Assembly: GCA_964016885.1 (NCBI GenBank)
Contig: OZ024750.1
Coordinates: forward strand, 49,786,001-49,850,000
Length of the DNA: 64,000 bases
Direction of reading: 5' to 3'
From: Eledone cirrhosa
Taxonomy: Eukaryota
Shown here: piece by piece, positions 1 to 13,195 of the stretch
How positions within the stretch are numbered: position 1 is the first letter of the stretch
Layout: each line of letters begins with the position of its first letter
Translations under genes and position numbers: made by a program
Notes under the pieces: model-generated
Database searches by the model: none
The model's input: only the letters and a program-made list of their open reading frames with translations
Told to the model about the DNA's origin: nothing

Positions 1-189
1 CATAATTGTTTCTACTTTTGGCACAAGGCCAGCAATTATTCCAGTATATTACTGGTACTTTATTTTATCGACCCCGTAAGGATGAAAGGCAAAGTTAACC
101 TCGGCGGGATTTGAACTCAGATCGTAAAGGGACGTAACTATGCTGGAAAGCATGTCCGACACACTACCGATACTGCCAACTCACCGCCC
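1..189 (-). mobile_element. tRNA-derived SINE (family S1, octopus-type)
   Basis: Minus strand has A-box TGGCAGTATCGG and B-box GAGTTCAAATCC, the conserved body GCCTTTCATCCTTACGGGGTCGATAAAATAAAGTACCAGT, and the 3' end GGCCTTGTGCCAAAAGTAGAAACAATT. More than 10 copies occur in the window. Confidence 0.9.
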
Positions 190-802
190 TTTGTAAATGT
201 AATTCATAAATGTAATTCATAATGCTTTATGTTTATATAATAATTGTTCCAATTACATTAGACATCAACATAGGACTCTTCAACCTTGCAGGCATTTCGT
301 TTGTTGTTAGACATTTTGTTTGGGCAGAAGTAACATAAATTGTACTCTTTCTATTATAAAGGGTGACTCAAGACAAATTGGTCTCTTCTAAATCTCTGCC
401 TACATTATGTATTTCTTGACAAAAAGTGATGAAATTCCGACTGGATTTAGATCAAACCATTAAAAACACCGTATCAAAAATGGACTATCTTTTGTTTTAT
501 GTGTGTCTAGAGTTACAGTACATGTTCCGAGGGTACACATTTGAATCCGTTCATTTTGGAGAGCGCGGTAGTGGTTGTGGTTGTGTTGGTGGAAGTGATG
601 GGAACAGACGCAACACTAAATTGTGAGTGGAGAAAAGGAAACAAAAAGGAAAAGGAAATAATCAGAGATAGTATTACGTTATAAATAGTAATTGGTCTCT
701 ATATTTTGGATGTACCATCCATTGTCTACTGGATAGTGGATCTGATGGAAACTGCGAATGTCGGAGAGGGCGTTTCAGTGCCTCCTGGTGACTGCGAATG
801 AG

Positions 803-836
<34 letters not shown>

Positions 837-877
837 GCACACACACACACACACACTCACACACACCTATATATGTA

Positions 878-933
<56 letters not shown>

Positions 934-974
934 GCGTCGGGATATGTGCTTTGTGGCATAGAGTTACTGCCATT

Positions 975-1120
975 TACGTTCTGAGTTCGTATCCTGCCCT
1001 GATTAGCTTTGCCTTTAATCCTGATGGGGTCGCTAAAATAAAGCACCAGTCATGAACATGGGTCGATTTAATCGATTTTTCCCTCTCCCAAAAGTGTTGC
1101 TATAGTAGAAAACATTATTA
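975..1120 (+). mobile_element. diverged S1-type SINE
   Basis: GAGTTCGTATCC B-box followed by CTTTGCCTTTAATCC..GGGGTCGCTAAAATAAAGCACCAGT, a diverged S1 body. Confidence 0.7.
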
Positions 1121-3082
1121 TGTTTAATAATTATGATACCATGGAATTTCTCCCAAATTCGTCTGCCGTGAATTTTAAATTGTGTTATTGTATTATATTT
1201 TTGTTGTGAAGAATACACAAACGGTGTCCTTATTGAGTGTGTCACGCACACCGTCTCCAACGTGATTCACTCAAATCTGTCTCACTACCCCGTTAGGATA
1301 GCGTAACCGACAAGACAGACATTTTAAAAACGTACATTAGCACGATAAACTCGGACCTTGATATCATAGCCGGTCCTCACATATTATGTTCATTGTCGGA
1401 ATAGGGATTCGTTGACTACGATTGTGTCCGATGTATTTTATCGGCGTGTATATGGCTCGTGACGCCTGTATGCCCTCAATACAGCCGGCTCGTCCCATTA
1501 TTGTGGAACCCTAACACAAGTAAAAATTGTTGTGCTAATTGATCCTGTGAGGAGACACTATGTCTTCTGAGTATGTTATAATAACTGCTTTATATCTATA
1601 TGAGCATTCCTTATCCGCATTCATGTTTAAGCATACATTATCATTTTAAAGCATACTCATACGAACGTAACTTGCTGACGAGACTAAATATTTACTAAAC
1701 ATATGTTGAATGATTATGTGGAGATTAAAGTTATTCTGTATTCGTTTTTATATGTTTATTTTTTATGTCGACTTTCTTTATATCGTGATGTCAATTAATA
1801 TAATGTACAGAAAACAGAAAATAACAAAAGCATAATAGCAAACTATGCTGGGAGGAGAAATGGTAACACACAGAGTAAGTTTGAATATATATAGATAGTA
1901 AAATAACAAAATGATCCACATATTAGGAAACATGCCAACAAGATGGTAGCTAATGTATATTAGTTCATATTATAATTGACGTTGGTACTCTGCAGCCACA
2001 AGATTTCATGCTAAAAATAATATATTAACATAACATTTTACCTGTACACAGCAAAGCCACTTCATTCCCTGATCAAATAATTGTTTCTACTTTTGGCACG
2101 ATCAAATAATGTATTGACATTACTAATATCACTCTTTCTTTGTCAGCTATTTTTAAGGAAAAGGTGTGTTACAAATATACATGATAAAGTTACATGATAA
2201 AAGTACAATATGTGTTAGGAGCCGTTTAGACTTGATGTGAAATTACGCCGAACAGATCAATTCCTCGGGATGCACATGAAGTTTGAAGCTGAGGATTTAA
2301 TTGATATTTAATAATTCATCAGGATTGGCTCAATTCTAATTGCTAATCTGCTTAATAGCGTTAATTATAAAAACACATGTGCCTAGATGGAAAGCAACCC
2401 ACGTATTTATACGAAGTCGATATTTCTATAGCCCCCTATATATCACTAGTGCAAGAAATATGATTATATAGATATACTGTATATTGGATCAAATACAGAT
2501 TTCTAAATATATGTGGCTATATATTATACTTATACATTATATACGTCTGATTATCCCAAGGTTCTTCTTTCTTAATTGAAGTATATTTTCAATATGGTGT
2601 TGTGCATAGTGCTTATCTAAAGCTATAAAACATTTTCATTCAAGAAATAGAATATCGGATTATTTCCAAAATATAGAATCGAGAGATGTCATTGATAAAT
2701 GTCTATATAAGAAAACAAGACGCGACATCATAGAGTATGAAATGGAGTATCTATATGTTGCTGCGCGGCGTATTTTCATATAAGTTATTTAATGATGTAA
2801 TAAAATATATCTATAAAATATGATTTATAAAATATGTTCTAATGAACAACACGCATGATAGATGAGTATTTCTTTCTTTAACTCAATGCAGTTAGTGGTA
2901 TTAGTCGGCTATTTACTGAATAGCTCACTGATTGCTGATTTATGAGCTTACACGAGGCTTACACTTGCTGCTTTGTAGCAAAGATGGATATATAGTTAGG
3001 TAAGAAGAGTTTTCTTTAGATATAACTAGACGGGAATACACTACTTACAACTAGCTTCCAATTAAGCATTTATTGAATATGT

Positions 3083-3138
<56 letters not shown>

Positions 3139-3559
3139 TATGTGTGTGTGCGTGTGTGTCTGTGTGTCTGTCTATGTGTGTGTGTGAATGTGTGTGTGTT
3201 TGTGCGTGTGTGAGTGTGTGTGTGTGTGTGTGTATATGAGCGTGCGTGTGTGTGAGAGCGAGAGAGTGAGTGTATGTGGGTATGTGTGAGTGAGTGTGTG
3301 TTAAATTTGTTTTCCTTTCAAACGAGAAACGTTGAGATATATTTGATTTGCTAAATATTCCTTGATTAAAACCGTGTAAGATGAATAAATAAATTTAGAG
3401 CAATACAAACCATATCACTGCTAAAATCCAAACGTGTTTATTTCTTTATTTATGTTTTCGCTTGGGTGAATATCTACGAGAAGTAAAATAACATGGAATG
3501 GTGATTCTGAAACGAAAGCCGTGTAATATTGTTATAGTTGTAAGTTCGATATCAATGCA

Positions 3560-3810
3560 TGGTATATTGAGGAAATGGTATTTCCCATAGTCTCTAGCCG
3601 AGCCAAACCTTATGAAAGGAGTTGAGTCTCATAAACTGTTTGTTAGAAAGTACCTCAATTTCAAAGGGCCAGCCTTCTCACATCTTCACGTAAAATATCT
3701 ACGAGAAGGACCTTAATACAATACACATGTCTATGAAATATACAGCCACTTGCATGTTAGATTCATCAAGCGGCTGATCCATTAATGAAACAACTGGGTG
3801 GCGTCCATTC
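3560..3810 (+). mobile_element. decayed SINE 3' region (octopus CORE-SINE-like)
   Basis: AAAGGGCCAGCCTT..CAGCCACTTGCATGTTA resembles an octopus SINE body recalled from memory; not verified. Confidence 0.4.
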
Positions 3811-4959
3811 AGAAATTCAGTCTACACTAATGAAGCAAACATTAAATCAAAGTAGTTCTATATATAAGCAAATCGTTTTTATTCGATTTTTATTGTCAAT
3901 ACTACATACGGTTAGAATGTCTCATAAAAAATGCTGTACATATTTTACGAGCAAAACCAACATGCAGGGGACCCAGGGTTAAACCACTAGCAAGTTGATT
4001 GGGTAACATCCCTGAGTTCGGTTGGTCTTGAGGATTCAGCCGGTCGGTTACATACAGGTAGTTGCTTCTTACAGAACGCACTGGAAGGAGTGTTTCATGA
4101 TTATTTCCCACAACCCTCTCAGAAAGAAGAAGAAGAAGAAGAAGAAGAAGAAGCCACGATCAAGTATGTTGCTATGAGGATAATTCTCCTATTTCTAAGA
4201 GTATAAACAACTACGAAGGGATTCCATCGTGCTTTCGTAGCGTTATATATTATCGAATAATAGAAGTTTAATATCAGTTAAGTAACAAAAGGAAAACGTT
4301 AACAGGAAAAATTACTGATGTTTATAGCATACACAATGAAGGAAATTATCGCCAAATGGGTCTCCATCGGTGTAGACGATGACTGCGCCAGTTGTTCTAT
4401 CAATTCTATAATCTACTCAGTTGGATTCAGCCTGGCACCAACTTTGTAGCAGTTATGTTCCTTTGGAACATTGGTTCCTTCCATCCGACCGAATTCATAT
4501 TTTCCCAGTTCCAAATTTCACTCACGTTGGCATGTCAACCATTGAAATCATAAGAAGGAACGCTATAACACAGTTATTCTTTCCTTTTGTTTTTATGTTG
4601 TATGAAATGTTCAAATTAGTTATAACGTTTTCGGAGGAACTGCCATGCATTAAAGCACAAATTAAAATATCCTTGTTCTTATGTCGACATATTGAAAGTT
4701 AACCGGATACTGACTGGAATACTATGCTTATGTGTTTATGTAGACAACAACATTGTATTTAAATCTAATATAAATATACATAGTAGTACACAAGGACACG
4801 CATACATACTTACAAAAGCGAAAACTGTATGGTCCAATTTTCAATTTAACGTTTTCGGTACGCCCGGCCACTCGATATGCAAATTAGGCTGCTCAGCCGT
4901 TAATATGCATAAGGAAAGTATATACTTTAAAACGTTCAATCATCTGAGAGGAAGGTATA

Positions 4960-5000
4960 CGATGCTGACGATAGCTAATAAGCTTGAAACTAGTTCATCG
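4960..5000 (+). ncRNA. minimal type-I hammerhead ribozyme
   Basis: CGATG-CTGACGA-T AGCT AATA AGCT T-GAAA-CTA-GTT-CATCG. Stem I is CGATG/CATCG, stem III is the palindrome AACTAGTT, and the cleavage triplet is GUU. Confidence 0.85.
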
Positions 5001-5190
5001 TTCCTTTGACAGTTTTGAACAAAAGGGCGACGATGGTTGCCGAACACTGTACGCTCTAATTTTCCATTTATCGTTTTCGGTACGCCCGGCCGACTGACTC
5101 ACTCGATGTGCAAATTAGGCTGCGCAGCCGTTAATATGCATAAGCAAAGTATATACTTTCAAACGTTCAATCATCTGACAGGAAGGTACA

Positions 5191-5231
5191 CGATACTGAC
5201 GATAGCTAATAGGCTTGAAACTAGTTCATCG
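5191..5231 (+). ncRNA. minimal type-I hammerhead ribozyme (second tandem copy)
   Basis: CGATA-CTGACGA-TAGCTAATAGGCTT-GAAA-CTA-GTT-CATCG, with one stem I mismatch next to the core. Confidence 0.75.
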
Positions 5232-5355
5232 TCCTGTGTCAGTGTTGAACAAAAGGGCGACGATGGTTGCCGAACACTGTACGGCTTAATTCGGGTTGTT
5301 TGTTAACAAACAAACTCAACATTATAATAAATGTTCGGTAAACCCATACGTACAC

Positions 5356-5386
<31 letters not shown>

Positions 5387-5449
5387 CATCTATATATATA
5401 CATACTACTGTACGTATGTATACATATATGCATGTACGTATACATACAT

Positions 5450-5565
<116 letters not shown>

Positions 5566-5828
5566 AAGTGAGTTTTATTGCAATGCAAATATCGGATAAG
5601 TAGCACTCAACAGTTTATAGGACTGGAGTGTAAATAATATAAAATCAAAAGATGGTTAAAAGAGTTTCATGTACTTTATTATGTGCATTTCAAAAACAAA
5701 TATCATCATGGGATGATATTTGCGTTCTCATCATATAAAATAGAACGCAAATATCATCCCATTATAATATCTGTTTTTGAAATGCGCATAATAAAATACA
5801 TGGAACTCTTTTTACCATCTTTTGATCT

Positions 5829-5873
<45 letters not shown>

Positions 5874-5879
<6 letters not shown>

Positions 5880-6748
5880 AACAAATTATGGTTATAGGTA
5901 ATCCAGTTAGAGGTTGTGAATATTCCGTATTGTGGATAGTTTTAGCGTACGGCGTTGTTTGACTCAACAAGAGGTTTCCTTAGGTAGCGAGTTTGTGAGT
6001 TCTCAGGAGTTCCTATGCAAGTTAACCTTAGAGTAATTATAGTTAAAGAGTGAAGAACAACATGGTCAACAGTACAAAAATGGTTTTACTTACAGTATTA
6101 ACAATTGTTTCATTGATTAAGTTGTATAAAAATTGCTAATCCCTTGAAGTTTTTCACGCAATCTTAAATACAATGCATGCTTAAAAAAATCAGAAAAACT
6201 GTTTAAAATTATACACGGCTGTTGTAATATATTAGGGAACTTCAAATTACAACATCAGTAATAAAGAAAGAAAAAGAAAAATAGAAAAAGATATAGAGAA
6301 AAAGAAAGAAGAAAAAAAAAGATAAAGAATAAAAAAATAAAAAAAAAAATAATAATAAATAAGTTATAATGAAGATGACGAAAAAAAATTTAAAAATGAT
6401 ATATGTGTGCGAAGAGAAGTGAACATAATATGATTGTTGAACATAGTTGTGTTTATGGTTAAATTATATAGATGTGATGGTATAAACATGAAAATATTAA
6501 ATATATACATATATGTATTCGTTAAATTAATAAATTAATAAACTGGAATTTCCCTAATATAGTACAAACGTCGTGTATAATTTTAAACAGGTTTTCTGAT
6601 GATTTGGTTAAGCATGCGTTGTATTTAAAATTGAGTGACTCAACTTCAAGTGCTTAGCAATTTTAAGACAACTCAATCAATGAAACAATTTTTAATACTG
6701 TAAATAAAACCCTTTGTGTACTGTTGATCATGTTATTCTTCACTCTTT
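5874..6748. mobile_element. PLE-derived foldback (tail + inverted pLTR + pLTR) between TA tracts
   Basis: Diverged inverted arms at about 6045-6250 and 6545-6748, with a one-sided extension at 5874-6044. Related sequence at 47660-48315 and 59685-59775. Confidence 0.7.
6588..6700 (+). ncRNA. degenerate hammerhead with long stem II
   Basis: CTGATGA-T TTGGTTAAG..~60 nt..CTCAATCAA T-GAAA-CAATT-TTT-AATACTG. The sister copies read GAAACAATTGTT. Confidence 0.5.
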
Positions 6749-6852
6749 CTCTCTCTCTCTATATATATATATATAAAAGAAATAGTATTTCGCTTCAAGC
6801 ATAACTTTATACAATATGTATAAATATCTCAAAGAAATATTTATACATATCG

Positions 6853-7266
6853 TAAACGGACGGTAGTCCGTTTAGTAATATTGTCGTGGTCGTATTTTCG
6901 TTGGCAATCGTCTGTTTACGACAGTACAGTGCTGCTCTATTTTATTTAACTGAGATAAAACTCATATGAGCATGAACAGTACATCATTACGCATCTTTTG
7001 GCTTAAAGATCTAGAAATTTGGTCCAGCGGGAAAAAGTTTATAATCAAAGTTTGCTGATAAATCTTGTGTTCAAGTGAGTGAGTAGTAAGCGTGACGCTA
7101 GGGGAGGTAATCCAGAATTGACGTAGCTTTGTCATTAAGCCAGTTGCTTCAACTAGATTGCAATTAAATTCAAAAGAACTTTAAAATGTCAATCACTTGT
7201 CAGTAATTCACTATGATCATTTAATTATTAGATAGTTGTTGCTTGCATTGCCTTAAAAAATAGTAG
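6853..7266. repeat. duplicated flank shared with 32897-33565
   Basis: Begins with the hairpin TAAACGGAC-GGTA-GTCCGTTTA. 6853-7125 matches 32897-33168, and 7206-7266 matches 33505-33565. Confidence 0.8.
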
Positions 7267-8325
7267 ACCAGATAGAAAAATGCGTACAGCAAAAAAAAGT
7301 AATATTGTTGGAATATAAACCTTTAAAAATACAGGACAAGAAACTAAAATAAAACTTTAAAAGAATAGGACAAGAAACTAAGATAAAACTTTAAAAAATT
7401 GGACAAGAAATAAAAAATGTTACAATAATATTAGTGGCAAACTTTTTTTATTCGTTTCCTGTGCTATGCCCCAGTATCTTCTTGATAAGTGCATAATAAT
7501 TGTCATGCTCTCATTGTGCGTTGCCCTTGAGTGGTTGGTTCTGGTTGGGGTTGTTTGGCTGAGCAGTTCTGCTCCGTCAGAATGACCATTGCAAGAAGAA
7601 TTGGCCGATGCAGCTGCAGGTCTCCTCCAAGAATGCACTTCTGGTCCCGCAACATCAGACGAAGATGGAGAAGACGACCGGGACAAGATGTCGACTCTGA
7701 CCACCGACTACGGCACCTCCCTCAACCACCGGTCCTCCCTCCCTCTGTCCCGTCATCCCTCCAGTCCTCCTGCTCCCTCTTCCTGTACCAGAAAGCTGTG
7801 ACACGCATTCATCTGGACTGCCGGACTTGAACTCAAGGACAAGATGCAAGGAGAAGATGGACGGGTTGGTCAAGATCAAGGATGAGCGGGACGACAAGAC
7901 CGTCCGCTGCTGCTCAAGATATGTGCTCATGGGCCCATGGGTCCATTCACATTATGCATGACACATGAGGCGTGTCCCCGAATGATGAAATAGGGGTATG
8001 GTTATGGCCCAATTGGTGTTCAAACCAGGATCAAATAATCCCCCCGGTCTGACGACGACCTCTGCGTGTGGAACCGAGAGCCTATGAATGTGGAACTCGA
8101 TTTTTTACCAATAACAATTTGCCACTAATATTATTGTAAATTTTTTTATTTCTTGTCCAATTCTTTACAGTTTTATCTTAGTTTCTTGTCCTATTCTTTT
8201 AAAGTGTTATCTTAGTTTCTTGTCCTATTCTTTTAAAGTTTTTTTTTGTTTCTTTTCCTGTATTTTTAAAGGTTTATATTCCAACAATATTACTTTTTTT
8301 TGTTGTACGCATTTTTCTATCTGGT
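7267..8325. mobile_element. non-autonomous long-TIR DNA transposon (possibly CMC/EnSpm-like), copy 1
   Basis: TIRs of about 175-205 bp start ACCAGATAGAAAAATGCGTACA and contain ~32-bp subterminal repeats GGACAAGAAACTAAGATAAAACTTTAAAAGAATA. The interior is GC-rich with no transposase. Confidence 0.75.
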
Positions 8326-8799
8326 TATATATATAAGCGATTTTTTGCGTGTGTTTATCTATATATGTATATATGTATATATGTATATGTATAAATAAAT
8401 AAATGTGTGTACGTGTGCGTGTGTTACAACGTTGCGAACATTTTCAGTAAGTATAGCTGATAGCTATAAATCTACTTTTTTAGATAATCTTAATCTTTTC
8501 TCTGGGATTTGGCAAGATATAATTCCTTCACCGAAGTGAATATTTTTCTGTTTATCCCTTACACACCCTCCTGCTTATTTCTCTCACATATTAGGAGTAG
8601 ATGTGAATAAAGAAATATAGTTAAAGTAAAGAAAACTGAAAATGATCTTAAATGATATATATATCATGGAGTTATATCTAGATAAATTCCTCCCTTTAAT
8701 AATTAGTTATGTTTTATGAAATAGTTGTTGGGCAAATGAATATAGGTACTTATATTGAATAATTTCCAAATTATAGTTATATCAGGCTTTTTGGATGCT

Positions 8800-9150
8800 G
8801 CTGGTACCATAGTCGAGTGTGGTAGGCTACTAAACAGGCCCCCGCAAGATCCTGGTCTGCTGAGGAGTGTACGTGTTAGCCCAGCAACATAGAAACCAAG
8901 CGCTGTTAAAACAGAGGGTGAAACAGCCATCTAATGGATTAAATAGCCTCAGAAACCGCATTATTAAAGAGTCATGAATACGGCTACAAGGCTGGCCAAA
9001 CAGAGTGATGGAGGTCAAGCAAGGAGAGGTTCCACCAACAAGAGTGATGAGGCTCTGAGTTCGATGGGATTGTTTACCAAATTGGTCCGATCTTTAAGTT
9101 TGACATCCAGTTTAAGCATCTTACGAATGTGTTAGATAATGTTTCCGAAA
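8800..9150 (-). pseudogene. very decayed LINE ORF2 C-terminal remnant (CR1/Jockey-like?)
   Basis: HDSLIMRFLRLFNPL resembles the LINE C-terminal S-F-x-x-R-x-x-R-L-W-N-x-L motif; weak match. Confidence 0.3.
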
Positions 9151-10039
9151 TGTTAAACTAGGTGAGGCAGATTACCAGTCTCAGTACAAGAAGCGTGTAT
9201 GTTTGTCACGTGAGGCTTGCTGCTGAGTCTGTATCTGGCGTGTTCAATGAATCAAAAGTGCTTTGAATTAAAGTGAATGCATAAAATCGTTTTTGGAAAT
9301 AGTTTTTCCGAGATTGCCAATGCGTAAACACTTTTTATTTTCCCGAATACACTCTAGGCTGATTTGTGCTTTGAAATCTGCCTGCCACTGACAGATTTTT
9401 ATATAATTCTTCTTATTGTATATTACATATAACCCTCAGGATTTGACACTTAGCAACGGTATGTTTATAGCATAATGTTGAATTTTCAATAACGATTATT
9501 AAAATGATTTTATCTTAAATAAAATGATTAGTTTTCCGACAGATTTTGTCGAAAAGAAGAGTTAGTAAGGAGGTTATGAAACACATGTTGGTGAAGGGGA
9601 TTGTGATACTTGATATGGTCTTTTAAATATTGCTGGAGAGTGTGTCCTCAGATTATTTATTCCTTCTTGACAGTATTACATGCTATAGTTCTTTTGCTTA
9701 TGTTGAAGGTGAATGAGAACAAGCGAATAATTAATAGAGAATAGGAACTAGTTTTGCAAAGCATAGTTAGATGGTAACAGATAACACTTTGTTGGCGGAG
9801 AGAGAACTCCGATATATGTATATAACATGTAATACCTTTTAAGTTTTTAGATAGATAAGTTTATAGATTAGAGAATTGGAATAGATTTCACTTCTTGTAA
9901 AGTGTGATATAATTGCTATAAGATAGTAATTATTTAGGACATTAAGGTGATGGAAATCAAAACTTTTAAATGGTGACTTTCTAAATATGTAACGTTAATA
10001 ATATTGCTTACGATTAAAGGTCAGCAATTAACCAGGTTC

Positions 10040-10700
10040 CCGCAACAGCCAGTTGATGGTGAGCCACTTTAGACGCTTTAGTAATTAGCTATCATCACTG
10101 CTCTCTAATTCCCATCATGTGTAGAAGGGTTTCGGTGTTGTGACTCGTCCAGGATTGGATGATGTCGGTCAATGATTTGTTATGTCTGCTTCTCCTTTAC
10201 CCTCCCTCGACTGAGAGTTTTGGCGGGTTACATGACCATACAAGGAGAGATTCCGTCTCTTCACCATTGCAAGTGGTGGTTCCCTTCTGCCAGTATATTT
10301 ATTAACTTGCTGTCTGACAAAGCAATTTGTGTTATGCCCCGTGTATGGGATGTGTAGCAGCCTTCTGTGGTACTTGTTCTCGAATGCCTAGGTTATTTGT
10401 TTGATGTCAGCTGTTACAGTTGAACTCTCACATCAGTACGAAAGAATAGAAGTCAACCAGGACTTGAGATTCGTTTGATAGTTGACGGAGTTTCTTTTCC
10501 ATATGACATTCAGCTTTAACATGGGAAAAGTGATTGGGTCAATTCTTGTCAGTATTCCTTTTGAGATCTAATCCATGTGTCGCACATGCGGCAAGTTTCG
10601 TATACCAATAACCTGATTGGGATTTATATTTGTGAAATTGTAGACTTAGTTGAAAAATAATTTTACTTTGGTTTCTACCAATGGTCGAACCTCCTGGGAT
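10040..10700 (-). mobile_element. decayed RTE-clade LINE ORF2 3' fragment
   Basis: Minus-strand pieces SILSY*CESSTVTAD, AFENKYHRRLLHIPY and EPPLAMVKRRNLSLYGHVTRQ match the typical RTE post-RT region; stops and frameshifts are present. Confidence 0.75.
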
Positions 10701-11896
10701 ATTTGTTACACCGTATTTGTACTTCTGTTCCTCGTAAATCCCATTAAGCAATAATTCACAGATGGAAAATATGTGAAAAATGACAATCTTAATAGACCTG
10801 AGTTTATATGTTCCCTGAATAATTAAATATATTCCTGTTTATCGGGGTCGGTTCGCTCATTTATTAATTATATTAAGCATTAAACAAAACTATGAGTAAT
10901 TGCACGGCAGTTCCTGAAAAGCTTACCAGTACTGCAGTATCCTTCAATTTAAATTCCGCACATTCCTGCTCAATATATTTATCTAACATTTGAATATGTT
11001 AATATATTAATTACCATTATATTGGTGTCATGCAGGATTATGGTGTTAATAATTAAGATTCGAGACTCATAAAATTAGTATGTCATCCCCCTTCAGTAAC
11101 AAATGTTCATGTGATTTACATTAACAATAGGTGTAAAATTAACTATTTGTTTCCATAGAAACTCATGAATGATTATGTCTCGTTTTAGTATCCTATTCAA
11201 AGTGTTACATATATTGCCTTCAATTTTCCATTCTCAAATTGTAATTAACTCGAAAAGATGCGGGCATAATATGTCTATGAAGTTGCTGACAAAAGATTTT
11301 TCTAGAAAATATAGAAAGCCGAGGTACATCCTATACTTTAATAATACTTACACATCTATGAGGGAATGAAGTTCTACTTGTTACTTTCCTTCATAGAAAG
11401 AGAAGGTACTTTATCACATTATATATACCTGGAATAATGTAGTACTGAGATTTAAGAAGTAGGAATTATTAAGATATTTAAATGACTCGATCAGTCTCGC
11501 CAGGAATTAAACTGTTCTAATAAGAAAAACATACCACGTTACGTTCAAAATCCCCAGTCCATGGATAATATATTTACCATTGGAGAGGATATTCACATTT
11601 TCAATAAAAGTATACCCAACAAACAATAAGCAAATAAATAAACACTTTATCGATCTAAAAATCATTGAACTTGCATGGTTTTAATAAAGGAAGATTAATC
11701 GTGCCAAGAAAATCTTTGCAATACACGTTTGAAGAGAAAGAAAAGAAGATATAATAATATATTACATATTCAATGACTTCGTAATTGGAAAGCCATTCAT
11801 ACTTAGTGCACACCCGTCAAGATATACCATACAGTGGAAGCCATTATTGCATAACTGTTATATATATATGTATATATATAATTATATATATATATA

Positions 11897-12023
11897 TGTA
11901 TGCATGTTTGTATGTATGTAAGTATATATATTTATATATCTGTAGGTATGAATATATGTATATATGTATGTATGCATGTATGTATTTAAATATATGTATT
12001 CGCGTAAGTCATTTATGTATATA

Positions 12024-12111
<88 letters not shown>

Positions 12112-12240
12112 TATATACATATATGACTTACGCGAATACATATATTTAAATACATACATGCATACATACATACATACATATATTCATACCTACAAATATA
12201 TAAATATATATATATACATACATACAAACATGCATACATA
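11897..12240. repeat. inverted repeat centred on (TA)n
   Basis: Arms at about 11897-12027 and 12107-12240 (TATTCGCGTAAGTCAT / ATGACTTACGCGAATA) flank a TA run. Confidence 0.8.
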
Positions 12241-12243
12241 CAT

Positions 12244-12380
12244 TCATACATACATACTTACACACATACATACACGCATACACACATACATACACATACA
12301 CTCATACACATATACATACATACACACATATATAGATAAATACATACATACATACATATATAGATAGATACATACATACA

Positions 12381-12469
<89 letters not shown>

Positions 12470-12984
12470 CATACATATATAGATAGATACACACATACAT
12501 ATATACATATATAGATAGATACATACATACACATATAGATAGATGCATACGTACATACATATATATACATACATACACACATATATAGATAGATACATGC
12601 ATACATACATATATAGATAGATACACTTACATACATACATATATATACATACATGCATACACACATATAGATAAATACATGCATAGATACATACATACAT
12701 ACAAACATACATATACATATATACACACATATATACATACATACATACACACATATATAGATAAATACAGCATACATACATATATAGATAGATACATACA
12801 CATATAGATACATACATACATACACACATACACACATGCATACATATATACACACATACATACATACATACATACATACATACACACATATATAGATAAA
12901 TACATACATACATACATACATATATAGATACATACATGCATACACACATACATACATGCATACATATATACACACATACATACA

Positions 12985-13018
<34 letters not shown>

Positions 13019-13195
13019 GATAAATACATACATACAAACATATATAGATAAATACATACATACATACATACATATATAGATACATACATACATACACACA
13101 TATATAGATAAATACATACAAACATATATAGATAAATACATACATACATATATAGATACATACATACATACACACATACATACATATCTACACAC
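12244..13195. repeat. compound TACA/TA/TAGA microsatellite
   Basis: Low-complexity tract read directly. Confidence 0.95.

Noticed and set aside
1-189. tRNA gene suggested by A/B boxes
   Set aside because: No cloverleaf; the boxes are the head of a multi-copy SINE.
1676-1712. CTGACGA..TAAACATATGTT hammerhead candidate
   Set aside because: No GAAA and no stem I or II pairing; at most an ancient relic.
4330-4560. Possible host exon in moderately GC-rich unique DNA
   Set aside because: No recognisable domain or convincing splice pair; small exons cannot be excluded without RNA data.
8049-8100. CTGACGA inside the TIR element (also at 34376)
   Set aside because: No downstream GAAA, palindrome or NUH.
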